This document shows, piece by piece, positions 39,316-49,259 of a DNA stretch of 64,000 nucleotides. This DNA is from a virus (Duplodnaviria; Caudoviricetes), in the IMG/VR virus record IMGVR_UViG_3300026116_000035; one strand, 5' to 3'. The position numbers and the translations under genes were made by a program. Below the pieces are notes generated by a model. The model ran no database searches. It worked only from the letters and a program-made list of their open reading frames with translations, and was not told the origin of the DNA. Position 1 is the first letter of the stretch. Each line of letters starts with the position of its first letter.

Positions 39316-39591
39316 ATGGAAGATATACAGGCTAAACCAGTTGAAGAAAATGTTGAAAGATTAACTCCGGAAGAATTACAGGCGATTAATCAAGCTAAAG
39401 CTAAAACTTCGTATGCTATGTTAGTTGTTGAAAAGGCTTATGGTAATGTTCAAATAGCCAAATTAGAAGTTGAGAATTTATTATTAACATTTTATAATAG
39501 GCATCAAATAAATATTGATACTGATGAAGTTACTGATGATGGAGTAATTCATCGTAATGTAAAAACAAAGGAAGATAAAAATGGACAGTGA
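39316..39591 (+). CDS. hypothetical protein (coiled-coil-like)
   Basis: 91-aa ORF with AAGG SD. Confidence 0.6.
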   Translation: MEDIQAKPVEENVERLTPEELQAINQAKAKTSYAMLVVEKAYGNVQIAKLEVENLLLTFYNRHQINIDTDEVTDDGVIHRNVKTKEDKNGQ

Positions 39592-39955
39592 AAAATTACA
39601 AAAATTAGCAAACTTAGCAATCGTTAGACAACATGCTGCCGGAGTTACTGCTTCAACAAATTTTCAAAAAGCTTATATAAATAAGGTTAATAATTGTTTA
39701 TCCGCTTTAGATGCAGAGTTTGTTAAAGAATTGACCGATTTAGTTGGAGATGTAAGTAAGCAAGATAATGCAACTATTTCTCAAAGATTAGCAGAAGAAA
39801 AAGCTAAATTAAATAAGCCAGTTCAGAAAGAAGTTGTAAATACTTCGGCTTTAGATGAAACGGTATTAGTTGATTTAGAAGTTTCAAATAAATCTGAAAC
39901 TAGACCTTCTATTAAGACGAGTAAAAAAGCTAATAAAAATGAAGCTTCAAAGTAA
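39581..39955 (+). CDS. hypothetical protein
   Basis: 124-aa ORF overlapping its neighbours. Confidence 0.55.
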   Translation: MDSEKLQKLANLAIVRQHAAGVTASTNFQKAYINKVNNCLSALDAEFVKELTDLVGDVSKQDNATISQRLAEEKAKLNKPVQKEVVNTSALDETVLVDLEVSNKSETRPSIKTSKKANKNEASK

Positions 39956-40745
39956 AAATAAATTTTCCACAAATTCTATTATTAAATTATATGATAGAGA
40001 ATCTTTAAATAAACAAAAAATAGCTGGAAGATGTGTAGCTTCAATATTAAAAGAATGTGGAAAATTAATTAAAGATAAAACACCTAATTTATCATTAAGA
40101 GATTTGGAGCAAATTACATATTTATATACAAAAAATATGGGATGCACTCCAACTTTTTTAAATTATCATGGATTTCCTGGAGCTGCTTGTATTTCCGTAA
40201 ATAAGCAATTGGTACACGGGATCCCTTCAGATTATATTTTAAAAGAAGGTGATGTTGTTTCTGTTGATGTGGGAGCAACATTTGAAGGTAAGATTGCTGA
40301 TGCTGCTAGAACTTGGATTTATGGAGATCCTATTTCTCAAGAACATGTTAGACTGATTAATACTTGTAAAAATTCATTAAAAGCTGCTATTTCTAAAATT
40401 GAGGTTGGAAAAAGACTTGGTATCATAGGTTATACCATTTATAATGAAACGAAGAATTCTGGATTTTCATTAATTACAAATTATGGAGGACATCATATAG
40501 CAGATAATGTACCTCATGCTGAAACTTTTATAGCTAATAAAGAAGATCAATTTAAAGGTAATAGAATGCAGTATGGGGAAGTTATGGCAATAGAGCCGAT
40601 GTTAGTTATAGGTTCTCCGGAAACTAAAGTATTGGAAGATAAATGGACTGTGATGACATCTGGAATTGGATGTCATTTTGAGAATACGGTTTGTTTAATG
40701 GAGGATGGGGTACATATACTTACAGAGGTTCCTAATGAAGATTGA
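39939..40745 (+). CDS. map: methionine aminopeptidase type I
   Basis: GFPGAACISVN..VHGIP, VSVDVG, ADAART, GGHH, AIEPM, HFENT (all metal ligands present). Confidence 0.92.
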   Translation: MKLQSKNKFSTNSIIKLYDRESLNKQKIAGRCVASILKECGKLIKDKTPNLSLRDLEQITYLYTKNMGCTPTFLNYHGFPGAACISVNKQLVHGIPSDYILKEGDVVSVDVGATFEGKIADAARTWIYGDPISQEHVRLINTCKNSLKAAISKIEVGKRLGIIGYTIYNETKNSGFSLITNYGGHHIADNVPHAETFIANKEDQFKGNRMQYGEVMAIEPMLVIGSPETKVLEDKWTVMTSGIGCHFENTVCLMEDGVHILTEVPNED

Positions 40746-40932
40746 TTTTGATGATTCTAGTTTTGTTGAATTAATTTTATCTGGGCCTGGGAAAGTTAAT
40801 ATTATATTGGGAGCTAAGGATGGAAATAATCCTTTAAATACAATAATTAATTCTGCTGAAATTTCTTTAGTTCAATTGGCGGAATTAGTTGCAGATTTAA
40901 ATATTCCTTTGCCACTTGTAAATAAAAAATAA
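40705..40932 (+). CDS. hypothetical protein (probable start at ATG ~40735, MKIDFDD...)
   Basis: Short ORF overlapping the end of map. Confidence 0.5.
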   Translation: MGYIYLQRFLMKIDFDDSSFVELILSGPGKVNIILGAKDGNNPLNTIINSAEISLVQLAELVADLNIPLPLVNKK

Positions 40933-40959
40933 TAATTAGATTTTGTCGAGAGTTTGTTG

Positions 40960-40987
40960 AATTTATTTCTTTTATTAGAAATAAATT
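40960..40987. promoter_or_regulatory. perfect 11-bp inverted repeat, candidate operator upstream of the basic DNA-binding gene
   Basis: AATTTATTTCT-tttatt-AGAAATAAATT. Confidence 0.4.
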
Positions 40988-41027
40988 GGTATTTTAAATA
41001 TACTAAATAAAATAGAAAGAAAAACAT

Positions 41028-41330
41028 ATGAATATCACTGTTTCACAATATATCCGTAATTTAAATCGTCGTAATTTTACTAATAATGTTCAGAGAGTTT
41101 TGTATACTCTTTTGACTGCTCCTGGTTGGGTATCTCGTGGTAGTTTTCGAGTTCCATCAGCTACCGCTCGTCTTCGTGATCTAAGGAAGTCTGACTATGG
41201 TAATTTTTCAGTTGAATGTAAGAATTCATCTGATTTAGGCCGTACTGGAACTCCTACTACTTGGTATGCTTTGACGAATACTCATCGTTTAACGGTCAAT
41301 CAGCTTCGTAGAGTTTTTGAAGGCGTTTGA
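41028..41330 (+). CDS. small basic protein, probable winged helix-turn-helix DNA binder
   Basis: VQRVLYTLL...SATARLRDLRK..YG.F.V...TWYAL pattern; 13 Arg, 9 encoded by CGT. Confidence 0.6.
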   Translation: MNITVSQYIRNLNRRNFTNNVQRVLYTLLTAPGWVSRGSFRVPSATARLRDLRKSDYGNFSVECKNSSDLGRTGTPTTWYALTNTHRLTVNQLRRVFEGV

Positions 41331-41365
41331 TATAATTTAATTTTCCATAAAATATTTATTCCTTT

Positions 41366-41398
41366 AGCCCCCGATATTAATTTATCGGGGGTTTTTTT
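41366..41398 (+). terminator. rho-independent terminator
   Basis: CCCCCGATA-ttaatt-TATCGGGGG stem followed by T7. Confidence 0.88.
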
Positions 41399-41445
41399 AT
41401 GTCAATTTTTCCTTTTATTGATATATAATTAATAAGAGGTAAATA

Positions 41446-42654
41446 TTGAAGACTAAGTATCCTAATCAAATTGATGATTTACATGTTGATCAATTAGAAG
41501 CTTTAATTAGCTTAGAAAATATTATTGGTACTAATCCAAATGGTGCTTATTCAACTGTAAATGATAGATTAAATAATTTAGATGAACAATTAAAATCACT
41601 TAATATTTTATTATCTAAAGATTATTTACAATATTTAAATCTATCAACAATATTATCATTAAATAATCATACTGATGGATATGATATTATATTATCAGAG
41701 GGTGATGCTTTAACTGGTGTGGGTGGAATTGTAAATATTTATGGTGATACTACAATTACTGGTTATTTAAGTGTAACTAAAAATATAGATTTAAATAATA
41801 ATAATATTAAAAATTTACCATTACCTATTTATCCAGATGAGGCGGCTAATAAATTATATATAGATAATCAAATTTCCGCACAAAGTAATAAATTTAATAA
41901 CTTAATTACTTCCATTATAAATAAAGATAATAATAGTATCCAGTATACAAAAGGAATAAGCCAATGTTTTCCTGAACCTAAAGCTAATCAATATCTTAAG
42001 AGAACTAAAGATAATAGTGCTTGGGAGTTTAAAGAAATAGATTTAGAAACAATATATAATAAAATAGAATCAATTAATAAGTCAATTAATTTTGTTAGTA
42101 AGATAATGACACATGGGCAAGATTTTATTGTAAATATTGGCGATGCTATTAAAGGTGAAGATGGATTCGTAAATATTGATTCTGAAGTAATAATACATAA
42201 GGGATTAACTATTAATGGTACTTTGGATGCACAATATCATAATTTAAGTAATTTATTAGATCCAACCTTACCACATCATGCTGTAACAAAGAAATATTTA
42301 GATGATAGAATTCCTAAACATGTTATCATTTCAGATAATTTATATAATAATGTAGATGTTTATTATCATGATAAATTATTTAATTGTAATATTTTAAATT
42401 TAAATATTACATTAAGTGATAATATAATAATATCAGGTATTAAATTTCCTGAAAAGCCTGTAAGATTTAATTTAATTAATTGTAATGATATATTTAATAT
42501 TATATTAAAACATAATGATTGTTCAGTTTTTGGGAATTCGTTTAAATTGGCTAATTGTGATGATTTGGTTATTCCTCCAAATGGCTGTTGTGAGCTAATT
42601 TACGATTTTGATCAATCATTTTGGAGAGTTATTTCGACTAATTTTAACAATTAA
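41446..42654 (+). CDS. tail-fibre-related structural protein (divergent paralog)
   Basis: N-terminus MKTKYPNQID...LENIIGTNP..YSTVNDRL parallels 42680 and 49260; NIKNLPLP...AANKLYID and LSNLLDP...AVTKKYLD fibre motifs; TTG start with AGAGG SD. Confidence 0.55.
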   Translation: MKTKYPNQIDDLHVDQLEALISLENIIGTNPNGAYSTVNDRLNNLDEQLKSLNILLSKDYLQYLNLSTILSLNNHTDGYDIILSEGDALTGVGGIVNIYGDTTITGYLSVTKNIDLNNNNIKNLPLPIYPDEAANKLYIDNQISAQSNKFNNLITSIINKDNNSIQYTKGISQCFPEPKANQYLKRTKDNSAWEFKEIDLETIYNKIESINKSINFVSKIMTHGQDFIVNIGDAIKGEDGFVNIDSEVIIHKGLTINGTLDAQYHNLSNLLDPTLPHHAVTKKYLDDRIPKHVIISDNLYNNVDVYYHDKLFNCNILNLNITLSDNIIISGIKFPEKPVRFNLINCNDIFNIILKHNDCSVFGNSFKLANCDDLVIPPNGCCELIYDFDQSFWRVISTNFNN

Positions 42655-42679
42655 CAGCTAATTATCCTGTATATATAAC
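42655..42679 (+). promoter_or_regulatory. conserved upstream motif CAGCTAATT-N4-TGTATAT-N5-ATG (copy 1)
   Basis: Same sequence and spacing at 49235-49259; no SD. Confidence 0.45.
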
Positions 42680-43633
42680 ATGACAACGAAGTACCCTTTT
42701 AGCGTTGATACAAATACTGAAATACCTCTTTCAACAGATAATGTCACTCCTGTATCTGCTGAGGTTGTTAATACGCTTCGAGGAGCAATTTTAGCTGTAG
42801 AAGGTGAATTAGGACCCGATCCATCACGAGAATACGGTACAGTTAGAGCTCGTTTAGATGCAATGCAGGCAGCTATTACGGGAACTGGTGTAATTATTGG
42901 CGGATTAAATCCAAACAGAATATTAACAACAGACTTAACCGGTGGAATTTCTTCAGAAATTCCATTATCTGGACAGTTATTTTCGGTATTTATGGAAAAT
43001 CCAGTAGGAACGATGTCATGGTCCAGAATTACGAATGACATGATTTTGCCTAGTTTTATTGTTTCGATAGCTGGTGGCATAGCAGTTGAGGTTGGTCAAA
43101 CCGTAGTTACTCCGGCATTTACCGCTTCTTATAATCGAACACCTATAAGTGTAATATTAACTGATTCAAATGGGTCTCCACCAAAAAATGTTACAGCTAC
43201 TCCTAATTCTTTTAATTCAAATGCATCTATTACAAAAAATACAGTTAATGCTACATGTGATTTTACAATAACTGCAAATGATGGGATTGTTTCAAAAACT
43301 GCAACAACAACTTTTATTTGGGAGCAGAAGAATTACTCTGGAGTTGGTACAGCGGGACAAAATTCAGCTGCCTTTATTTTAAGTTTAAATGGCGTATTAT
43401 CTGGAGGATTAGCTAATACATTTTCTGTTACAGCTGGTTCTAATCAAAAAATTTATTTTGCTTGTAGAGCGGCTTATGGAACACCTACATTTACAGTAGG
43501 TGGATTTTCTGGAGGATTTAATTTAGTATCCAATTCAATAAGTGTTACAAATGCCCATGGGTTTACTGAATTATATCAACTTTGGGAAAGTACAAATGTT
43601 AATCTTGGATCAACTACAGTGAGTGTGACATAA
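42680..43633 (+). CDS. virion structural/tail-fibre-associated protein with shared N-terminal module
   Basis: Thr/Gly-rich beta composition; N-terminal ~60 aa nearly identical in pattern to 49260. Confidence 0.65.
   Translation: MTTKYPFSVDTNTEIPLSTDNVTPVSAEVVNTLRGAILAVEGELGPDPSREYGTVRARLDAMQAAITGTGVIIGGLNPNRILTTDLTGGISSEIPLSGQLFSVFMENPVGTMSWSRITNDMILPSFIVSIAGGIAVEVGQTVVTPAFTASYNRTPISVILTDSNGSPPKNVTATPNSFNSNASITKNTVNATCDFTITANDGIVSKTATTTFIWEQKNYSGVGTAGQNSAAFILSLNGVLSGGLANTFSVTAGSNQKIYFACRAAYGTPTFTVGGFSGGFNLVSNSISVTNAHGFTELYQLWESTNVNLGSTTVSVT
42817..42865 (+). repeat. 49-bp perfect direct repeat, copy 1
   Basis: CGATCCATCACGAGAATACGGTACAGTTAGAGCTCGTTTAGATGCAATG, identical at 49400-49448. Confidence 0.95.
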
Positions 43634-46600
43634 TGACTATTCCCCTTATAGATAAAATTAAACCTAAAAATAATGGCAGTTTTCCAGTATATGATGATGT
43701 TGATGGTTACGGTGGTTTCCAAGTTCGATTAAATATCGCTGATAGAGATTCTATTCCAGATTTAAACAGAAAAGCTGGAATGTTAGTAAAGACATTAAGT
43801 GATGGATATTATTGGGAATTAAGTCCTAATTTACATGATTGGGTTCAGGCTCCTTTTTCAGAAGGATCTGCAGTAGCTGTAGATTTAAATATTTCAGGAC
43901 AAGCAAAAGGTTCAACTTTATATTTTGATGGAACTAGTTGGGTACAATTACCACCTAGTATTGATGGATATGTTTTAACAACTCATTCTGGAGGGCAAAA
44001 TCCAACATGGTCACCAGCAACAACAATATCCACATTAAGTCCAATAGATGTTGATAAATCAACTGCTGTAATTGGAACATCTTCAAAAGCAGCTCGAGAA
44101 GATCATAAACATAATATTTCTACGGCTTCAGCGGTATCGATAGGAACAGTTAATGCTGAAGGTACATCTACAGCATTAGCAAGAGCTGATCATACACATA
44201 ATGTTACCGGATTTAATATTCCAGGACAAGCTCAAGGTGACGTTTTATATTTTAATGGCACAAGTTGGGTTAAATTGCCTGCTGGTCAAGATGGTTATTT
44301 TTTACAAACTCACTCTTCTGGTCCGGTTTGGGCATCCGCTACAAGTGTTCTTAATTCAAATGCTTATATTGCTACTTGGTATGTAAATCAAAGTACAGGT
44401 TTAGATACAAATGATGGTTTGACTTCTGGAACAGCTTTAAAAACGATTGAAGAATTATGTAATAGATTATGTCCTAATGGTGCCGTTGCATTTTTAAAAC
44501 AGACAACTACTATAAATATAGCTTCTGGTTCATATGGATCTGCTAATTTTCGTATTGGAAGTGGTACATTAATAATAAATGCAGCTTTATCTTCTACAGC
44601 AAATATTACAACAAATGCTGTTACAAATACAAATGCTTCTATAATTACTCGTGGTGAAATTGAAACTGCCTCTGGTACATTTATTGATTTAGGTAGAATA
44701 AGAATTACAAGTGGTACAGCAACTGGCGCTATAGCTTTTTGTACTGGCTTTAATGGTGGAACAAATAAAGCCTTTGTTAGTTCATTTATTTCATCTACTG
44801 GCACCCAAGTTAATATTACAAATGGAAATACAGTTGTTAATGATAGTTTAATTGTATCATTTAATAAATCTTCATTTTTAACACAAAATAAAAGTGCTAA
44901 TATTATAATAAACAATATAATATTAAATGACTGTTATTCTAATATTGGTGTTACATTTAACAATTGTAATTTAGTTAATTCTATATTAATAGGCGGGTCA
45001 ACATTAACATTTTGTTCAATTCAAAATTCGAGTATTAATAATGGCTATTATAATGGTTATGGGAATCAATTCTTAGGTACGTGTTCTAGTGCTAATGCTC
45101 AAATTGAATTTACGGCTTCAAATGTATTTGATGATTGTAATACATTTGTTGGTTCAGATGTTAATTTTAAGTTTGTTGATTTAGAATTAATTAGAAGAAC
45201 ACAAACTGTAGGCTTAATATTTCCAGTTAATTCAAATGTAATTAGTACAGGTTATTTGTGGTCTGGGACTGGATCTTATGCAACTACTGGTGTTCAATTA
45301 GACCCTGGTGCTTATTTTTCATTTGCAATACTTCCAATAGTTGGAGGGTCAAATAATATTACATTAGCTGGTGTTGGATTTACTTGGGCCCAATTACCAA
45401 AGAGAGTAGGAAGTACAGCTGCTGAATATAATGTAATTTATACTAGTGCAGCAAATGACATAAATTATTGGACTGGTAATTATTGGGAGAGGTTACCTGC
45501 AGGGCAAGATGGTTATGTATTAACCACACATGGCACTAGTAATATACCTAGCTGGAATCTACCATGGCCAGGTGATTATCGTGCAGTTGCTACGATTTCG
45601 GATCGAAATACAATTAATCCTATTCTTAGAAAAAGTGGTTTAATTGTTTATGTTGCTGCATTACAAGTCTTTTATCAATTAGCTGATGATCTTGTAACAT
45701 GGAATTTTTATGATGCATCTGTAACATTAGCTAATCAGGCAACTTGGTATGTTAATAGTTCTACTGGTAGTGATACAAATGACGGTAAGACAACCGGTAC
45801 AGCTTTAGCAACTCTTTCAGAGCTTTCTTCAAGAATTAGTCCTAATGGCGCTACTCGTACATTATCTCAAAATACAACTGTTTTTATTGCTGCAGGTACT
45901 TATACTGGCGATAATCATATTCGAATTAGTATTTCTGGTACACATAATTTACTTATTCAAGGTGAAGTAACAAGTGGCACTGCTATAACTTTAAATTCTG
46001 TTACTAATACAGTGGTGGGTACAACGGTTGGCGGTGGAACCAGAGGGCGAATTGGTACAGCTTCAGGAACTTTTGTTGTTGGTCAAATGCTTCGTTGCAC
46101 AGCAGGTTCAAATGTTGGAGCTGTTGCATTCGTACATGAATTAGACGGAGATGCCCAACATGCTTATGTAACTATGTGGCATACCGCTAATCCATTAACT
46201 CCACAAAGAGGTACTCAAGTTAATTTAACGAGTGGCGATGTAGTTGTACCAGATACTAATGCTGTTACAATTGATGCAATTTTTGCTGAAACAATCGGTA
46301 ACTGCTCATTATTAATACGAAATTTAAATGGTTCAATAGTTTCTGATTGCAAAACAGATAATGTTTTTAGTGTCATATTCGATCTTTGTACAGGTGGTTT
46401 TTCATCTAATGCTAATTCAAGTGCTGGATTTATGCGTTGTATGGGTGGTTGGTTTACAACTGGTGGTTATATTCAATATTTAGGTGGTAATTATTTTTCA
46501 AATAACTATCTTTATTCTCATACTAAAATTGATTTTTCTGGTGGTGATTATATCTCAGGATTAGGTTTTCAATTTTATGATTGTGAAGTTTCGCTCCAAA

Positions 46601-48798
46601 TTGATTGGGCTGCTGGTAATTCTAGTGGTGGTATGCAATTTGAAAAAATTACTAGTAGTTGTATATATATTGGCTCAGGATCTAGATTTTCTCAAGCGTT
46701 TAATCTTCGAATTTGGGGTGTTAGTGGATCTTCAGCTGCAGGCCTTTCATTTCAACCAAGTTCTCAGGCAATATTTAATAATTTACCAACTGTTACAGCT
46801 GTTAATCCTATTGTTCTTCCGGATCGTACATTATCAAGCTATTCAACATTTGAACTTTTGGCATATGATGTATCTTGTCTTTCATCAACAGGCATCCCTG
46901 CACCAGCTCTTGATAATGCAGCCCTTGTAGTAGCTAATAATACTGCACGTGACGCTATTCCTTCATATGCTCGTCAAGAAGGAATGTTAGTTTATAGTAA
47001 AAATATTAAAGTATATTATAGCCTTGATGCTAATTTAACAACTTGGAGTTTTTATGACTCATCTCCTACGTTAGCCAGTCAAACAGTTTGGTATGTAGAT
47101 CCTACGGGAAATGATGGTTATGATGGTAAAACATTAGCGACTGCTCTTGCTACTCTTTCAGAATTAGAGTTGCGTTTATGGCCTAATGGACGCAGACAAA
47201 AAATGACTAATGATGTTACATTATATATTAATACTGCAAATCCTACTGCATGGAATTTTCCACAATTAATTATGAATGTATCTACTGATGAGCCATTAAT
47301 TTCGGGTGCAGCATTTTATACATTTAATGTTATTTTAGGAAAAGTTTCTAGTGCTCCAATTGTACTTAGTTCAAATGCTGTTATACCTGTTGCATCAACC
47401 AATCAACGTGGACAATTTGCTACAGCTTCAGGTACGTTTTTAGATGATGAATTAATTGAAGTTACATCAGGTTTAGGTATTGGTGGTGTTGGATATGCAG
47501 CTGGATTAAATGGTGATGCTCAACATGTTTTTTATACTGCATTAACTGTTCCAACTATTGCTGGAACAACAGTAAATTCTGGTCACGGACAAGATATTAA
47601 ACCATTAAGTGGTGACACGGTAGTTACAACTCAACTTGTAACGACAATTACACGATTAGAAATTACTTGTTCTGGATTCGCTCGTGTTTTTGTTCAATAT
47701 GCTAAGATTACGCGATTATCCATTAATGGATCATCAATAAATACAGTATATGCTGGCAGTGGCGGACCTGTATTTATATCATGTTGTCAACAAATATCTT
47801 CTGGTGGACGTTGGGAAAATAATTGTGGTGGAGCATTTTTACTTCAATGTCGTACAGTTCGTAATACTAAAACTGCTTTGTATGGTACGGGCTGGTCTGT
47901 AATTGGACATGCTATACAGGGCGTTCTACAAGTTAATGGTCAAGTTATTAGCTATGGAGTAAATGTAGATGGTGGGCAACTTAAAATTGGTAATGGTGAT
48001 GATAATAACCATCCTGGTGAAAGCATGTTTTCTAAATGGTTAGCTTTTTCTTGTTATACTAATTTATTTTCAGGTGGAACTAGCGGATCTATTGAATTTT
48101 CACGTGGTAGTTTAATTACTGGAAGTACTATATATAATAGTTGTGCTCTTTTAGTTGCTGACGGCTCGGAATTTCTTAATACAGATTTTAATGGATGGAT
48201 GTGGGGAGCTACTACTTCTTTATATGATTATGGCGTTGTTATTATGTCAAATTCTCGTGTTGTACAAGGCAATATATCTTCAGGTATTTTAGGTCAAATT
48301 TGGCAAATACCTAGTACTGTTAATATAGTTCTTGATAATTTATATTTTGCATTTAGTGATAATACCATAACAATACCTAATAGTCTTTGCGGATTTATAA
48401 ATGGTAATTATAATACGACTAATAATTACAATGAAACTGATGCTGGTTTTTATTTAACAAATCAAAGTGCTAATATTGGAGCTACATCATTTTCTCAAAT
48501 TAAAAAGCCTGGATTATATAGAGTTATGGGTTATGTAGCAGTAACTACAGCAGATGGAGCTGCTACCGGAACTCCTGTTTTAAATGTTACCTGGAAAGAT
48601 GATTCTGGGGTATCACAAACAGTAGCAGTAGCAACAGGAACAGCATTAACTACTTTAGGGGGTAATGGTGGTCAAGTAATTATTGAATGTGGTTCTTCAC
48701 TTACTTTGGTTACATGGTCAATTACCGGCGTTACTAGCGCTGGAACATCAAAATTTAGTGTTCGTATGCGTGTTGAAAAAGATTGCTTTGGCGCATAA
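43633..48798 (+). CDS. large tail fibre/tailspike with three tandem beta-helix-like receptor-binding units
   Basis: YFxGTxW and DHKH/DHTH fibre repeats; three WYV(N/D)xxxG.D.(N/Y)DG.T..TAL.T(I/L).EL..R..PNG motifs at 44377, 45745 and 47089. Confidence 0.8.
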   Translation: MTIPLIDKIKPKNNGSFPVYDDVDGYGGFQVRLNIADRDSIPDLNRKAGMLVKTLSDGYYWELSPNLHDWVQAPFSEGSAVAVDLNISGQAKGSTLYFDGTSWVQLPPSIDGYVLTTHSGGQNPTWSPATTISTLSPIDVDKSTAVIGTSSKAAREDHKHNISTASAVSIGTVNAEGTSTALARADHTHNVTGFNIPGQAQGDVLYFNGTSWVKLPAGQDGYFLQTHSSGPVWASATSVLNSNAYIATWYVNQSTGLDTNDGLTSGTALKTIEELCNRLCPNGAVAFLKQTTTINIASGSYGSANFRIGSGTLIINAALSSTANITTNAVTNTNASIITRGEIETASGTFIDLGRIRITSGTATGAIAFCTGFNGGTNKAFVSSFISSTGTQVNITNGNTVVNDSLIVSFNKSSFLTQNKSANIIINNIILNDCYSNIGVTFNNCNLVNSILIGGSTLTFCSIQNSSINNGYYNGYGNQFLGTCSSANAQIEFTASNVFDDCNTFVGSDVNFKFVDLELIRRTQTVGLIFPVNSNVISTGYLWSGTGSYATTGVQLDPGAYFSFAILPIVGGSNNITLAGVGFTWAQLPKRVGSTAAEYNVIYTSAANDINYWTGNYWERLPAGQDGYVLTTHGTSNIPSWNLPWPGDYRAVATISDRNTINPILRKSGLIVYVAALQVFYQLADDLVTWNFYDASVTLANQATWYVNSSTGSDTNDGKTTGTALATLSELSSRISPNGATRTLSQNTTVFIAAGTYTGDNHIRISISGTHNLLIQGEVTSGTAITLNSVTNTVVGTTVGGGTRGRIGTASGTFVVGQMLRCTAGSNVGAVAFVHELDGDAQHAYVTMWHTANPLTPQRGTQVNLTSGDVVVPDTNAVTIDAIFAETIGNCSLLIRNLNGSIVSDCKTDNVFSVIFDLCTGGFSSNANSSAGFMRCMGGWFTTGGYIQYLGGNYFSNNYLYSHTKIDFSGGDYISGLGFQFYDCEVSLQIDWAAGNSSGGMQFEKITSSCIYIGSGSRFSQAFNLRIWGVSGSSAAGLSFQPSSQAIFNNLPTVTAVNPIVLPDRTLSSYSTFELLAYDVSCLSSTGIPAPALDNAALVVANNTARDAIPSYARQEGMLVYSKNIKVYYSLDANLTTWSFYDSSPTLASQTVWYVDPTGNDGYDGKTLATALATLSELELRLWPNGRRQKMTNDVTLYINTANPTAWNFPQLIMNVSTDEPLISGAAFYTFNVILGKVSSAPIVLSSNAVIPVASTNQRGQFATASGTFLDDELIEVTSGLGIGGVGYAAGLNGDAQHVFYTALTVPTIAGTTVNSGHGQDIKPLSGDTVVTTQLVTTITRLEITCSGFARVFVQYAKITRLSINGSSINTVYAGSGGPVFISCCQQISSGGRWENNCGGAFLLQCRTVRNTKTALYGTGWSVIGHAIQGVLQVNGQVISYGVNVDGGQLKIGNGDDNNHPGESMFSKWLAFSCYTNLFSGGTSGSIEFSRGSLITGSTIYNSCALLVADGSEFLNTDFNGWMWGATTSLYDYGVVIMSNSRVVQGNISSGILGQIWQIPSTVNIVLDNLYFAFSDNTITIPNSLCGFINGNYNTTNNYNETDAGFYLTNQSANIGATSFSQIKKPGLYRVMGYVAVTTADGAATGTPVLNVTWKDDSGVSQTVAVATGTALTTLGGNGGQVIIECGSSLTLVTWSITGVTSAGTSKFSVRMRVEKDCFGA

Positions 48799-48847
48799 AT
48801 ATAATTTAATGTTATATATAATACGAATTTTGTAAGAAAGGCAAATA

Positions 48848-49222
48848 ATGAAATATTTAAAATTTAATAGATCTCATGTAGTTGAAGATGTTAATGGAGG
48901 CTGGATTATTCAAGATAATGGCGAAGCTTTAACTATTCCTTTTGATATATTTTTTAAAGGAATTATTTTAGTTGATGATCGTTGGGGTAAAAGTGGAAAA
49001 ACATTAAATATGTTAATGGATATTCGTGATAAAGTTAAGCAATTATCTTTTAATGATAATAATGAAAATAAATTTTTAGAATTAACTGATGAAGAATGGA
49101 ATTTATGTTGTATTATTGCTGATGAACCAGGCGCTGGATTTAATGTAAAAATGGCATCAGCTTTATTTGCTCATGTAAAAGATTTAAAAGAAGCTGTAGA
49201 TAGTCTTCCAAAATCTGAATAA
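48848..49222 (+). CDS. hypothetical protein (possible fibre assembly chaperone, by position only)
   Basis: 124-aa ORF between the two fibre genes. Confidence 0.5.
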   Translation: MKYLKFNRSHVVEDVNGGWIIQDNGEALTIPFDIFFKGIILVDDRWGKSGKTLNMLMDIRDKVKQLSFNDNNENKFLELTDEEWNLCCIIADEPGAGFNVKMASALFAHVKDLKEAVDSLPKSE

Positions 49223-49234
49223 AGTTTCATTATT

Positions 49235-49259
49235 CAGCTAATTTTAATGTATATTTATT
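49235..49259 (+). promoter_or_regulatory. conserved upstream motif CAGCTAATT-N4-TGTATAT-N5-ATG (copy 2)
   Basis: Matches 42655-42679. Confidence 0.45.

Noticed and set aside
44201-46930. Same-strand alternate-frame ORFs 44201-44386 and 46577-46930
   Set aside because: Fully nested in the 1721-aa tailspike; Leu-rich off-frame translations
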